Sequence record: OL539447.1
DNA from: Escherichia phage vB_ EcoD_Phleasolo
Reading direction: 5' to 3' (one strand)
DNA: 48,301 bases
Program-made: the position numbers and the translations under genes
Shown: positions 37,856-46,526 of the stretch, piece by piece
Position numbering within the stretch: position 1 is the first letter of the stretch
Layout: each line of letters begins with the position of its first letter
The notes under the pieces: generated by a model
The model's database searches: none
Told to the model about the DNA's origin: nothing
What the model saw: the letters and a program-made list of their open reading frames with translations, nothing else

Positions 37856-38337
37856 TGAGCATCAAAAATAAGGTAATTGGTTCGGCAGTAGCTGGTGCCA
37901 TGGCGTTAGCGGTTCCGTTCCTTAATGAGCATGAAGGCGTTGAGTACAAGCCTTACAGAGATATTGCTGGGGTATGGACCACATGCGCTGGAATTACTGG
38001 TCCTGACGTTATTCTAGGTAAGGTTTATACTAAGAAAGAGTGTGACGCGCTTCTTGCAAAGCACTTAGCAATTCATCAGCGCGCTGTTGATAAAGCTCTG
38101 AATGTTAATGTTCCAGTTAGCACCAGGGCGGCACTGTACAGTTTTTCATTCAATGTGGGAACCAGTGCAATGCGCAACTCGACTGTTATTAGGCGCATGA
38201 ATCGTGGCGATATCCGCGGAGGATGCGAGGCGCTATCTATGTGGAATAAAATTAGCGTTGGTGGCAAGAAGGTTGTTAGTAAAGGCCTGGTTAACAGGCG
38301 TAACGCGGAGATTAAACTATGCGTCTCGGAATTGTAA
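37852..38337 (+). CDS. endolysin (lysozyme-like muramidase)
   Basis: N-terminal catalytic pattern EHEGVEYKPYRDIAGVWTTCAGITG (Glu...Asp...Thr spacing typical of phage lysozymes). Confidence 0.8.
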   Translation: MMSIKNKVIGSAVAGAMALAVPFLNEHEGVEYKPYRDIAGVWTTCAGITGPDVILGKVYTKKECDALLAKHLAIHQRAVDKALNVNVPVSTRAALYSFSFNVGTSAMRNSTVIRRMNRGDIRGGCEALSMWNKISVGGKKVVSKGLVNRRNAEIKLCVSEL

Positions 38338-38723
38338 TTATTGCAACTGTATTACTGACTGGTTGCTCTGGCCTATCGGCTATTTCTGATTTTTTACCAG
38401 CAAAGGATGGCGTCGAGGCAACAGCGCAGGTGGGTGAATCTAACCAGAAAACAGGGGTTGGGCTATCAAATCAGACAGACAAATCTAGCTCTATAGAAAG
38501 CGATATGCGCAACTCAACTAACAGAGACGTGGACTCATCAAGCCAGAAAAAGACCGCCGCTACTGGCCTATCAGCTAACACAATAACGGCTGAAAAGATT
38601 GAAATTCATAGTACTGAAAACTCAGGGGTAGATTCATTAGTCTGGGGTATTCTTGCCGGGCTAGTTTCTTGTTTGTTAACTTACTTCACTTTAAGATTTG
38701 CAGGAAACAAAAAAGGAGCCTAA
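38319..38723 (+). CDS. unimolecular spanin (u-spanin)
   Basis: N-terminal lipoprotein signal with lipobox (LLTGC) plus a C-terminal transmembrane helix in one polypeptide; last gene of the lysis cassette. Confidence 0.65.
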   Translation: MRLGIVIIATVLLTGCSGLSAISDFLPAKDGVEATAQVGESNQKTGVGLSNQTDKSSSIESDMRNSTNRDVDSSSQKKTAATGLSANTITAEKIEIHSTENSGVDSLVWGILAGLVSCLLTYFTLRFAGNKKGA

Positions 38724-38735
38724 TGGCTCCTTTCT
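38708..38735. terminator. bidirectional terminator
   Basis: AGGAGCC-TAAT-GGCTCCT hairpin flanked by A and T runs between convergent units. Confidence 0.6.
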
Positions 38736-38738
38736 CTA

Positions 38739-38936
38739 TTAATAATCATCCTCCTCGAGGTTGTCACCCTCATACACTAAAAAGAACCCAAGCCTTTGTA
38801 ATTCAGCTCCCGCCATGAAGTAACCCAACGCTTCGGCTCGCTCTGAGTCATTTTTTAAACCATCTAAAGGGTATCTCTCATAAAATTTATTAATCAACAT
38901 AGCTTGGTCAAACTTGCTTGAATTGTATTCTTTCAT
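38739..38936 (-). CDS. hypothetical protein
   Basis: 65-aa ORF, last gene of the leftward unit. Confidence 0.35.
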   Translation of the reverse strand: MKEYNSSKFDQAMLINKFYERYPLDGLKNDSERAEALGYFMAGAELQRLGFFLVYEGDNLEEDDY

Positions 38937-39268
38937 TTAAATAATTCCTCGTCTGTCATTTCTTTTATCGTCATCATCTCATTGGTGTACTTATCACTCT
39001 CACCATTAAGGCATCTGAAGCTAAATCCGAATGGTCGCTTCATGCTTCCTTTACTCCAGTAATTACCATTAACTCCATCGATGTAACCTTCAGTCATACA
39101 TCTTGCCAGAAACTCCTTTGACGCGGATGATGCAAAGTAACGCGTAGTAACTCCAGCCGCTTTAGCCATTCTTTCACAGTCTTTATGGCGGTAAATGAAC
39201 ACCGCCAGATGCTGCCTGTTAAATCTCTCGTAGCTCTCGCAGAACTTGAACACATCTAGTAAAAACAT
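38933..39268 (-). CDS. hypothetical protein
   Basis: 111-aa ORF. Confidence 0.4.
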   Translation of the reverse strand: MFLLDVFKFCESYERFNRQHLAVFIYRHKDCERMAKAAGVTTRYFASSASKEFLARCMTEGYIDGVNGNYWSKGSMKRPFGFSFRCLNGESDKYTNEMMTIKEMTDEELFK

Positions 39269-39367
39269 AAATCACCCATAAATTAATGATAATATGCAAA
39301 ACAAAATACTCATCAAATGAATAGGAATTAGAGAGTACATGACAAAATTTTCAACCTTTCTCATAAA

Positions 39368-40951
39368 TCACCCCAGCAGTCGTGGATTAATGTAAACCTT
39401 ATCACCAATCAGGCAGGTGTAGTTTTTCTCATCAAGCATCGGAAGTAAATGGTCTTTAATCTTAGCCATTACGCCAGCCTGAGCCTCAAACGGTCTAACC
39501 TTACGTGCCGCTTCATAGAGTGATCGCAACCCCACCACTCCTTTACTGTTCTTTCCTTGCTTAATAAGAATATCAATTAGCTTGTTCATCTCTGCATTAT
39601 CACCAGCGTGACCAGCAGCATTAGCGGAAGACAAGTAAGTCTTACTCAGTTCTTCAAACATAAGAAGAGCTTCTTGCATCGTTTCAAGCCCAATCTCCCT
39701 GGACTTCTGCGGACTCCCTCCGTTTGGATTAAACCAGTTACGGATAGTGTGAAGAACTGCCGCTATCCTGATTACCTGCTTATCCATTTTACCTAACGCT
39801 CCGCGCAACATTGTGTGCGAGTACTTACCGCCATCTGCAAGGTGCGGCTCCATTTCCTGACGAGCACGGTTGAGGTGCTTCATTGCTGAATTACTGACAG
39901 TTAGTTTTACATCTTGCTCGCTCATTATTTCATGAACAAGACGAAAGTAATCTGCCTTTAATCCACCATCAATTGGTTTATATGTTGACTCGCCCTCATC
40001 ATCAACAAACACACGCTCACCAAGGAATGACTTCTCGCGCACAAGAAGGAAACGCTCTGATACACCGATACCGCGAGCGCCAGCATTCATGATTGCGACG
40101 ATTGTTTCATCCTGCGCAATTACAGAAATGCAACCCATAGCAATAAAGCTCATGTTGTTCTCTGCGTTCGCACGCGCGATAGATACGTTACCAGCATCCC
40201 AGGCCTTCAGAACAAGTTCGCTGTTAGTTTTCTTCGAGCCATCACCGTAAGTCATACCAAGAAGTGAGTTAACACTTGTCGCTTCATCAGAAATCACGGA
40301 GAAGTTGCCCTGGCGGTTGTTGATTCGCGCAAGACCTTCCGGGGTAGTATCAGATACCGGAAACACAATGTCGCACAGCTTTTCTAACTTCTCTTCCAAC
40401 TCCTCTTTATCTTCGAATAATCCAGCCATCTCAGATGGTGACTTCTCTTGCTTCATTTCTTTTGCCAGGGCTGACAATTTAGCCATAATCTTCTTACGGT
40501 CACGCTTGCGTAATTCGTTCAATCGCTCAGTCTCAGCAATCATTGGCGCTAGTGCGAGTGAGTTAATAGCTGACTTACCAGTTGATGGAGGCTGACTGGT
40601 TACTACGTACAGCGCGGTAGGCTGCTGAGTTCCATGATACTCAACCGTAAAGCGACCAAGCATTGCTGCTGAAATACACCCAAGGAAGTGCATGTAAGCT
40701 GAAGACTCTGGGAACTGAACTGAGCGTGCGATATTGCTTGATAATTTACCAACGACATCACAATCATTTCCTAGCGAGATGACCGGATATTTGTCACCAG
40801 TTGAATCAATTTCTACCGGAGCCTTCCAGAATGATGCACTCTGTCGATAACCATTGGCATTAATAGCAACTCGCAATGGTGGTAAATTTTCAGCTGCCGC
40901 AACAGACATTACTTGTTCGACTGATAATTTATCTTCGTTAAAATCAAACAT
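39368..40951 (-). CDS. P-loop NTPase (replication/defence-associated, family unresolved)
   Basis: 527 aa; Walker A-like SQPPSTGKS and Walker B-like FSVISDEA; its termini have a paralogous copy at 43257-43928. Confidence 0.45.
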   Translation of the reverse strand: MFDFNEDKLSVEQVMSVAAAENLPPLRVAINANGYRQSASFWKAPVEIDSTGDKYPVISLGNDCDVVGKLSSNIARSVQFPESSAYMHFLGCISAAMLGRFTVEYHGTQQPTALYVVTSQPPSTGKSAINSLALAPMIAETERLNELRKRDRKKIMAKLSALAKEMKQEKSPSEMAGLFEDKEELEEKLEKLCDIVFPVSDTTPEGLARINNRQGNFSVISDEATSVNSLLGMTYGDGSKKTNSELVLKAWDAGNVSIARANAENNMSFIAMGCISVIAQDETIVAIMNAGARGIGVSERFLLVREKSFLGERVFVDDEGESTYKPIDGGLKADYFRLVHEIMSEQDVKLTVSNSAMKHLNRARQEMEPHLADGGKYSHTMLRGALGKMDKQVIRIAAVLHTIRNWFNPNGGSPQKSREIGLETMQEALLMFEELSKTYLSSANAAGHAGDNAEMNKLIDILIKQGKNSKGVVGLRSLYEAARKVRPFEAQAGVMAKIKDHLLPMLDEKNYTCLIGDKVYINPRLLG

Positions 40952-41028
40952 CTTATTCTCTCTATTTGTTATCGATGGGTATAAATATACCCGCCGAAGC
41001 GGGTAGTGTCATTAACAAAAAGTGCTAT

Positions 41029-41382
41029 TTACTTATACTGAGCTTCAAACTTATACATCCCATAACCAACATCATAGCCAACTTCATCATCGCGAGTAAG
41101 TTGCCAGCCGTCACCTTCGTTGTCGTAGATGTAGCCAGCATTACGACCTAATCCAGCGTGCATGGAGACCTGGTAACGCTTACCTTCAGTAAATGATTTC
41201 TTGAGCGGATTGCTGTGGTCAACCCTGGTGCACAGTAGTGTCTTTGTCTTAATGTAGTGACCGTTCATGTCTATATTAACCCATTTGCCATCGACCTTAA
41301 TTTGTTCAACTCCATCTTTTGCTCGAGCTTTAAATAATTTGTTATCGCTGCTTACCCAGTTCTTTGTGATGGTAGTGGCCAT
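41029..41382 (-). CDS. hypothetical protein
   Basis: 117-aa ORF with RBS AAGGAAAG; promoter-like motif upstream. Confidence 0.4.
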   Translation of the reverse strand: MATTITKNWVSSDNKLFKARAKDGVEQIKVDGKWVNIDMNGHYIKTKTLLCTRVDHSNPLKKSFTEGKRYQVSMHAGLGRNAGYIYDNEGDGWQLTRDDEVGYDVGYGMYKFEAQYK

Positions 41383-41454
41383 TATTACTTTCCTTTTATG
41401 CGTGTCATTTCAGTGATTTCAATATACATCATAAGCCCCGAAGGGCTTTAACAA

Positions 41455-41613
41455 TTAGTGCTATTTCTTTGCTGCTTTTGCAATTGCTTTCTGAACAATG
41501 TCGAAACTCTCAATCAAATCTTCTTTAAAGTAGTCACCAACAGGCCAGCCCTTGCCGCTGTACTTTGCTATGGTTTCTAGATCGTAATAGTTCAAATCAG
41601 ATGGCTTAAGCAT
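41455..41613 (-). CDS. small hypothetical protein (52 aa)
   Basis: ATG overlaps the upstream stop (TAAATG); below the ORF-track cutoff. Confidence 0.3.
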
Positions 41614-41853
41614 TTATCTCACCTCATCAAAAGTGGCGATTCCAGGGATGAACATACCAACCTTCCAGCCAGCTATAGCAATCCACCCCGAATCGTGCTT
41701 GTGCGGACGCTCAGCGCCATTAATCACCCATTCGTTCGGGATTGTCTTACCGTTAATGATAAGCGGCTCAGCGTCGTATACAGAGTCTTTTACGAACGGT
41801 GTTAAAACCTTCTTATCCGTGCTTTGGATAACGTTAGTGCAGCGAATCTTCAT
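41614..41853 (-). CDS. hypothetical protein
   Basis: 79-aa ORF coupled to its neighbours. Confidence 0.4.
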   Translation of the reverse strand: MKIRCTNVIQSTDKKVLTPFVKDSVYDAEPLIINGKTIPNEWVINGAERPHKHDSGWIAIAGWKVGMFIPGIATFDEVR

Positions 41854-42107
41854 GCTAATACCTCGATTTCTTCTTCCGTAACGCTGAATTCTTCACCTTC
41901 ATAAACAGCCGTGATGCCATCAATTACAACATCGCGCTTCGCATCAATGAAGTACTCACCTTCAAGTTCAAACACCTCAACCTCTTCACCAACTTCATAG
42001 CCCATCTCAGCCAGGCTTAATGCATCTTCGTCAAACTTGATTTCGTTGTTGATAATAATCGCTTTCATCTGATATCTCCTCGTTGTCGATGTGATAACTA
42101 TAACCAA
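41850..42107 (-). CDS. small highly acidic protein (paralog of 46527-46739)
   Basis: 85 aa, about 25 Asp/Glu versus 5 Lys/Arg; first gene of the leftward unit leaving control region B. Confidence 0.4.
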   Translation of the reverse strand: MVIVITSTTRRYQMKAIIINNEIKFDEDALSLAEMGYEVGEEVEVFELEGEYFIDAKRDVVIDGITAVYEGEEFSVTEEEIEVLA

Positions 42108-42160
42108 TCAGGGCTGAATGGTCATTAGCAAAAAGTGCTATTCGTTCGATTTATGGATTG

Positions 42161-42257
42161 TTGCAGATATTGCAATGATTCACTTCACTATTGCATGTAT
42201 AGCAATATTGCATCGATTGCAATGATTTTCTGGACTGTTGCGAAATTTGCAATGATT
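42161..42257. repeat. iteron-like array: three or four copies of TTGCR-N5-TGCAA, each followed by TGATT
   Basis: Copies at 42161-42175, 42191-42205 (degenerate), 42208-42222 and 42238-42252, in the divergent intergenic region. Confidence 0.6.
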
Positions 42258-42682
42258 GATGGATTGATGGAATGAAGGAGGGCGCATCAACTAGTTGGTT
42301 GGTTTTAGCTTACACGAGGAGCTTTCCTTTATATACGCGTTATGGCTTGTTCAACCGTGTGGAGAAATTGCCATATTTACGCCATCCACGCCAGTTTACG
42401 CGCTGGTTACAAAATAAATCCCTTATATAACAACCTTTTAGATTTATTATTATTATTATTATTATATATGTTATCCCGTAACCATGATTATCCAAGATAT
42501 TGGTGATATTTTTTTGATATTGCGCGGCGCATAAAGATTTAGATAAAGAGATAGGGATGCAAGTGGGGTGGAGAAAATGGCTTAACAGACCATAACGGCA
42601 ATAACAGCCTTGATATGACTAGCGTCAGCATGTAACAATTTAGCATAACGTGCGATTACTGAGTTGAACGTGTAAATAATGC

Positions 42683-42710
42683 TTGCGACATTCACCCATC
42701 ATGGTAAGAT
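42683..42710 (+). promoter_or_regulatory. sigma70-like promoter candidate (TTGCGA-N16-TAAGAT)
   Basis: Hexamers read directly, about 30 nt upstream of the 42742 start. Confidence 0.3.
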
Positions 42711-42741
42711 GCTCTCACACTAAACGAGAGGAGTAGTAAAA

Positions 42742-43257
42742 ATGAGTAATACAATTCGTGAAGCAAACCCGACACTTGGCGACCTGGTGCGCCACCTTGT
42801 TAAGATGGCACTCAATTCAGAGGATGGAAGCGTAACAGTTCCCGTTAAGTTGCTTTACAAGAATCTTTACGGAGAAATTGATAACGGCTATGTAGCAGCC
42901 GACTTTAGACCTGGCGGCAAATATTCACTTCCAAAGCTTAAGGCTTCCTATGTTTCAAATACAGCCAGTAGAATGCAGGAAGTTAAAGACGCAGATAAGC
43001 GCGCAAGGTTCTCTTGTGGAGAGATGGATTATAATGGTGATGAGCATTATTGCGTAAAAATCACAATGGTCGACGGAGCTGTTAAGAATGGAACCCGAGC
43101 TAAGACAAGCAGTCAATTAGAGGAGAAAGCGGTAAGCGAGTTTAAAGCCAGGCTACTTAAGCTTTCCCCTAGCGTTGCAGGCATGAGTGGTGATGAACTT
43201 AAGGGCGCGGTAACTATGATTAACGCATATCAGGAAATGATTAAGGAGACTAAATAA
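42742..43257 (+). CDS. hypothetical protein
   Basis: 171-aa ORF with RBS GAGAGGAG; first gene of the rightward terminal unit. Confidence 0.4.
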   Translation: MSNTIREANPTLGDLVRHLVKMALNSEDGSVTVPVKLLYKNLYGEIDNGYVAADFRPGGKYSLPKLKASYVSNTASRMQEVKDADKRARFSCGEMDYNGDEHYCVKITMVDGAVKNGTRAKTSSQLEEKAVSEFKARLLKLSPSVAGMSGDELKGAVTMINAYQEMIKETK

Positions 43258-43928
43258 TGTTTGATTTCAAAGAGGATAAACTTACTTATGAGCAGGTGTT
43301 AGCAGCAGCAGCGGCAGACAATCTGCCTCCCTTGCGAGTATCAATAATTGCAAATGGTTACCGACAATCTGCAAATCTATGGCCTGAACTGGATAAGGTA
43401 TGGCGAATACAGTAATTTTTACATTGATGAGTGCGTTGAACTATATGAAGGATATGGCGAGCCAACTGCGTGCCATGGAGATGAGCTTGGTATCAGCTTT
43501 CCCGAAGAGCGTGAGGATTGATATATGACAAAGATTTCGAACTAGACACTGGAGCTTTAAAGATTATAGAAATCCTCATTAATCAAGGAATGAGCAGTAA
43601 AGGTGTCGTTGGTCTCGGGTCACTATATAATACAGTAAGGAAAGTTAAACCATTCGAAGGTAAAAGTGAAGTAATTATGGATATCAGAGATGTCATCATC
43701 CCAAACCTTGATAAGCTTGGCTATGCATGCCTAATCGGAGATAAGATTTACATCAACCCTAAACTGCTTGATGGCAACCAGGACTGGACTTACAAGGTTA
43801 AGCTGCTGGAAGATGATTTCAACATCGACGATTGCGAGAAGATTGTTGACGAGATTACTATCAAGGCAATTGATGAGCAAATCGAGAGGCTCAAGCGGAA
43901 GAAGAAGTACCTCCTGACCGGTAAATAG
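43257..43928 (+). pseudogene. internally deleted paralog of the 527-aa P-loop gene (N-terminal 52-aa ORF 43257-43415 plus C-terminal ORF 43518-43928)
   Basis: MFDFKEDKLTYEQVLAAAAADNLPPLRVSIIANGYRQSA matches the N-terminus of the 39368-40951 protein; ...KGVVGLGSLYNTVRKVKPFEG...YACLIGDKIYINPKLL matches its C-terminus; ATPase core absent. Confidence 0.45.
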
Positions 43929-43968
43929 CACGAATTGCTAAACCAGTTCCGCAGGGATGCGTTATAGT
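43926..43968 (+). promoter_or_regulatory. representative phage promoter unit: TAGCA-N5-TGCTA palindrome, 22-nt spacer with CGCA-GGGA-TGCG mini-palindrome, TATAGT -10
   Basis: Same architecture recurs about 16 times across the genome, followed by a conserved CATCGAAACGA leader. Confidence 0.5.
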
Positions 43969-44289
43969 TATTTCATCGAAACGAAATGGTTAATAGAGGA
44001 AGGCAAATGAGTTATTACGAAGTTATCGACACTGGCAATAAATCATTACTTGGCTCAAAGCGCTTTAAATGTACCGGCCAAGGGTTCACTGGATACGGCT
44101 TTGACGAGAAAGATGCCATCCTGGAATGGAAAGAAGCTAAATACATTGGGGAGTTCGACGAATGAAACACATTGGATGGCTGGTAAACGGAACGTTCTAC
44201 TCACTAACCGACGCAGTAAGGGTGGAAAGAATTAGAGTTAACTGCGGACGAAATGTCCAGATTCTTGAAATTTACGCAGAGGAGGAAGT

Positions 44290-44766
44290 ATGCGTAAGGT
44301 ACTGATGATATGCGTCTATGTTGCCATATTCTTATTGGCAAACCTCCTGGTAGCCTCATTTGGTCCAGCGGTAACTCCATTTAACGCACTTTTTCTTATA
44401 GCGGCAGACATGGTATTAAGGGACAGGATTCAGTTTGAGAGCGGTGCGGCATGGTCAATACTAGCATGCTTCCTTGCCGGATTTGCGACTGTATTAATAG
44501 CGCCAGGTTCAGAGATGATTGCTTTAGCATCTGGCCTATCATGCTTACTTGCTGGATCAGCTTCAGCGATTGCATTCAAATTAAAGTCTGGTGGATTTTT
44601 TCAGAAGGCGTTGCCAGCAAACGTAATTGCTGCTGCGGTAGATTCAATTGCATTCCCATTAATTGCTTTCGGGTCTATAATGCCAGGCATAACAGCAGCC
44701 CAGTTTGCCGCTAAAACTATTGGCGCATCAATCATACTATTAATCATAAGGAAATTATCTAAGTGA
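44290..44766 (+). CDS. small polytopic inner-membrane protein (possible precursor transporter; family unverified)
   Basis: 158 aa with 4-5 hydrophobic helices; RBS GGAGG; stop overlaps the next gene's GTG start (GTGA). Confidence 0.4.
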   Translation: MRKVLMICVYVAIFLLANLLVASFGPAVTPFNALFLIAADMVLRDRIQFESGAAWSILACFLAGFATVLIAPGSEMIALASGLSCLLAGSASAIAFKLKSGGFFQKALPANVIAAAVDSIAFPLIAFGSIMPGITAAQFAAKTIGASIILLIIRKLSK

Positions 44767-45593
44767 CAATTCACTTCCATGGCTCCCCTATAACGGGGGG
44801 CAAGGGCGATGCACTTGCTCGGACCGCGTATACAAATGGCGGTGCTTTCGTGTCATTCGCCCACCCGCAGCAGATAGAATTGGCGTTTAAGGTAGCGAAT
44901 GCAGTATGCATAGATAATGGTGCGTTCTCTAAGAAGAATAGCGGCAAAGCTACTGACTGGCATAAATTCTATAATGACTTTTTACCCAGATTTATCGACA
45001 GAGAAAAGTTACGATTCTTTGTTATACCTGATGATATCAGCGGGTGCGACAAAGAGAACGACAGATTAATAAGCGAACTTCCATTACACCTAAAGCACAA
45101 AGGAGCTCCAGTCTGGCATATGCATGAGAGCTTAGACAGGCTAGTCCACCTTGCCAACGAGTGGGAATACATGTGTATAGGCTCGTCAGGCGAGTACTAC
45201 TCTATCCGTTCAGAGAAATGGAAGCGGCGCATGAATGATGCCTTTAACGCTCTAATTCAGAGGGGCTACTCAGCAAAAATTCACGGCCTCAGAATGCTGG
45301 ATGGTCGAGTTCTTGGCAACTACCCACTGGATCAGGCTGACTCAACAAACCTGGCTATTAATGCGCCTAAGTGGATATGCAAATATATAGATATGACCAT
45401 TGAGGCGTGCCGAGCTCAGACTCACAGAGACGCATGGATTTCAACCTCAGATCCGAAGTTTGCACTTGAGCAATTAATCGCAGACGGCGGCACAAGGGAG
45501 CAGATGCTGGCACAGAGATGCGCGATACTCAGGAATTGCATAGAAGCAGTAAGGCCACCATCAAGGGATTCATGGAATAGCACGAATTGCTAA
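44763..45593 (+). CDS. hypothetical enzyme (possible TGT/DpdA-like base-exchange enzyme)
   Basis: 276 aa; VCIDNGAFS resembles the TGT substrate-pocket motif (TDSGGFQ); no CxCxxC zinc site seen; coupled to the upstream membrane protein. Confidence 0.3.
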   Translation: MTIHFHGSPITGGKGDALARTAYTNGGAFVSFAHPQQIELAFKVANAVCIDNGAFSKKNSGKATDWHKFYNDFLPRFIDREKLRFFVIPDDISGCDKENDRLISELPLHLKHKGAPVWHMHESLDRLVHLANEWEYMCIGSSGEYYSIRSEKWKRRMNDAFNALIQRGYSAKIHGLRMLDGRVLGNYPLDQADSTNLAINAPKWICKYIDMTIEACRAQTHRDAWISTSDPKFALEQLIADGGTREQMLAQRCAILRNCIEAVRPPSRDSWNSTNC

Positions 45594-45644
45594 ACAATAA
45601 ATCGGGTAGTCAGCTATGATTACCCTATCAACAACGAAGAGGAA

Positions 45645-45863
45645 ATGATTATGGATACTGGAATTTTACGCATTGACGATGTTCACTTTGACCAGGCTGA
45701 GGTCAGTGTCACCAAGTTAACCTTTCGAGGTAATGTTGTTAGCCTTGACTTCGATCCTGACGACTACGGCGACGGTCAAACACTTATGCAATACTCACCT
45801 GTTGCGGCCCGCAAATTAGCGGCGGCATTAATCCTGGCGGCAGAAGAGGCGGAAGAGCAATGA
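45645..45863 (+). CDS. hypothetical protein
   Basis: 72-aa ORF with RBS GAAGAGGAA. Confidence 0.4.
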   Translation: MIMDTGILRIDDVHFDQAEVSVTKLTFRGNVVSLDFDPDDYGDGQTLMQYSPVAARKLAAALILAAEEAEEQ

Positions 45864-46099
45864 TTACCATTAACCTGTCTTATGAACAAGCTGCAGAGCT
45901 AAAAGATATAATGCAGCACTCACTCATTAACAAGAATTATAGCTGCACAGAGGTGCTATCAGAAGCGATTACACAGATTCAGAACCAACAGATAGCTGAC
46001 GATGATGAACTCCCATGGGACACTGATACCGCCTGGAGCCGATACGAGCAGATTTGCACAGCGCTATCAGGTTGTCAGCTGGCTAGCCAATACAAATGA
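45860..46099 (+). CDS. hypothetical protein
   Basis: 79-aa ORF coupled to the upstream gene. Confidence 0.4.
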   Translation: MITINLSYEQAAELKDIMQHSLINKNYSCTEVLSEAITQIQNQQIADDDELPWDTDTAWSRYEQICTALSGCQLASQYK

Positions 46100-46217
46100 C
46101 AATATACGAACACAAATTCAGTAGCAGGGGTATTGATATGCTCCTGCATTATGTAGACGAGAGATACGCCATGTTGATGCAGAAGACGCATGGCGGCACA
46201 ATAACGAGGATTGAGAT

Positions 46218-46469
46218 ATGAAGATTCATAGCAAGTACAACCGAGAGATTATCGGCCTGGATGGAACGTTAACGACAGTCGATGTATATCGTGTTCTGGA
46301 TGCATTCCAGGTAACAGACCCAGCAATTCAGCACGCAATCAAGAAAATGCTCTGTACTGGGTTGCGAGGCCACAAGGATTACCTCACCGACATTGATGAC
46401 TCAATAGAATCACTTAGGAAAGCAAAGGAGCTTTACGGTCAGAAGAAGATAAATAGCACGAATTGCTAA
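46218..46469 (+). CDS. hypothetical protein
   Basis: 83-aa ORF; ends ...NSTNC via the palindromic motif. Confidence 0.4.
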   Translation: MKIHSKYNREIIGLDGTLTTVDVYRVLDAFQVTDPAIQHAIKKMLCTGLRGHKDYLTDIDDSIESLRKAKELYGQKKINSTNC

Positions 46470-46526
46470 ACATCAATCGCAGGGATGCGTTACTATTACT
46501 AAATCGAAACGAACTAGGAAGAAGAA

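Noticed and set aside
44050-44235. ORF 44050-44235 (61 aa) upstream of the membrane-protein gene
   Set aside because: It overlaps two better-supported short ORFs (about 44007-44165 and 44161-44292) in other frames that have plausible RBS and coupling; it is probably a frame shadow.
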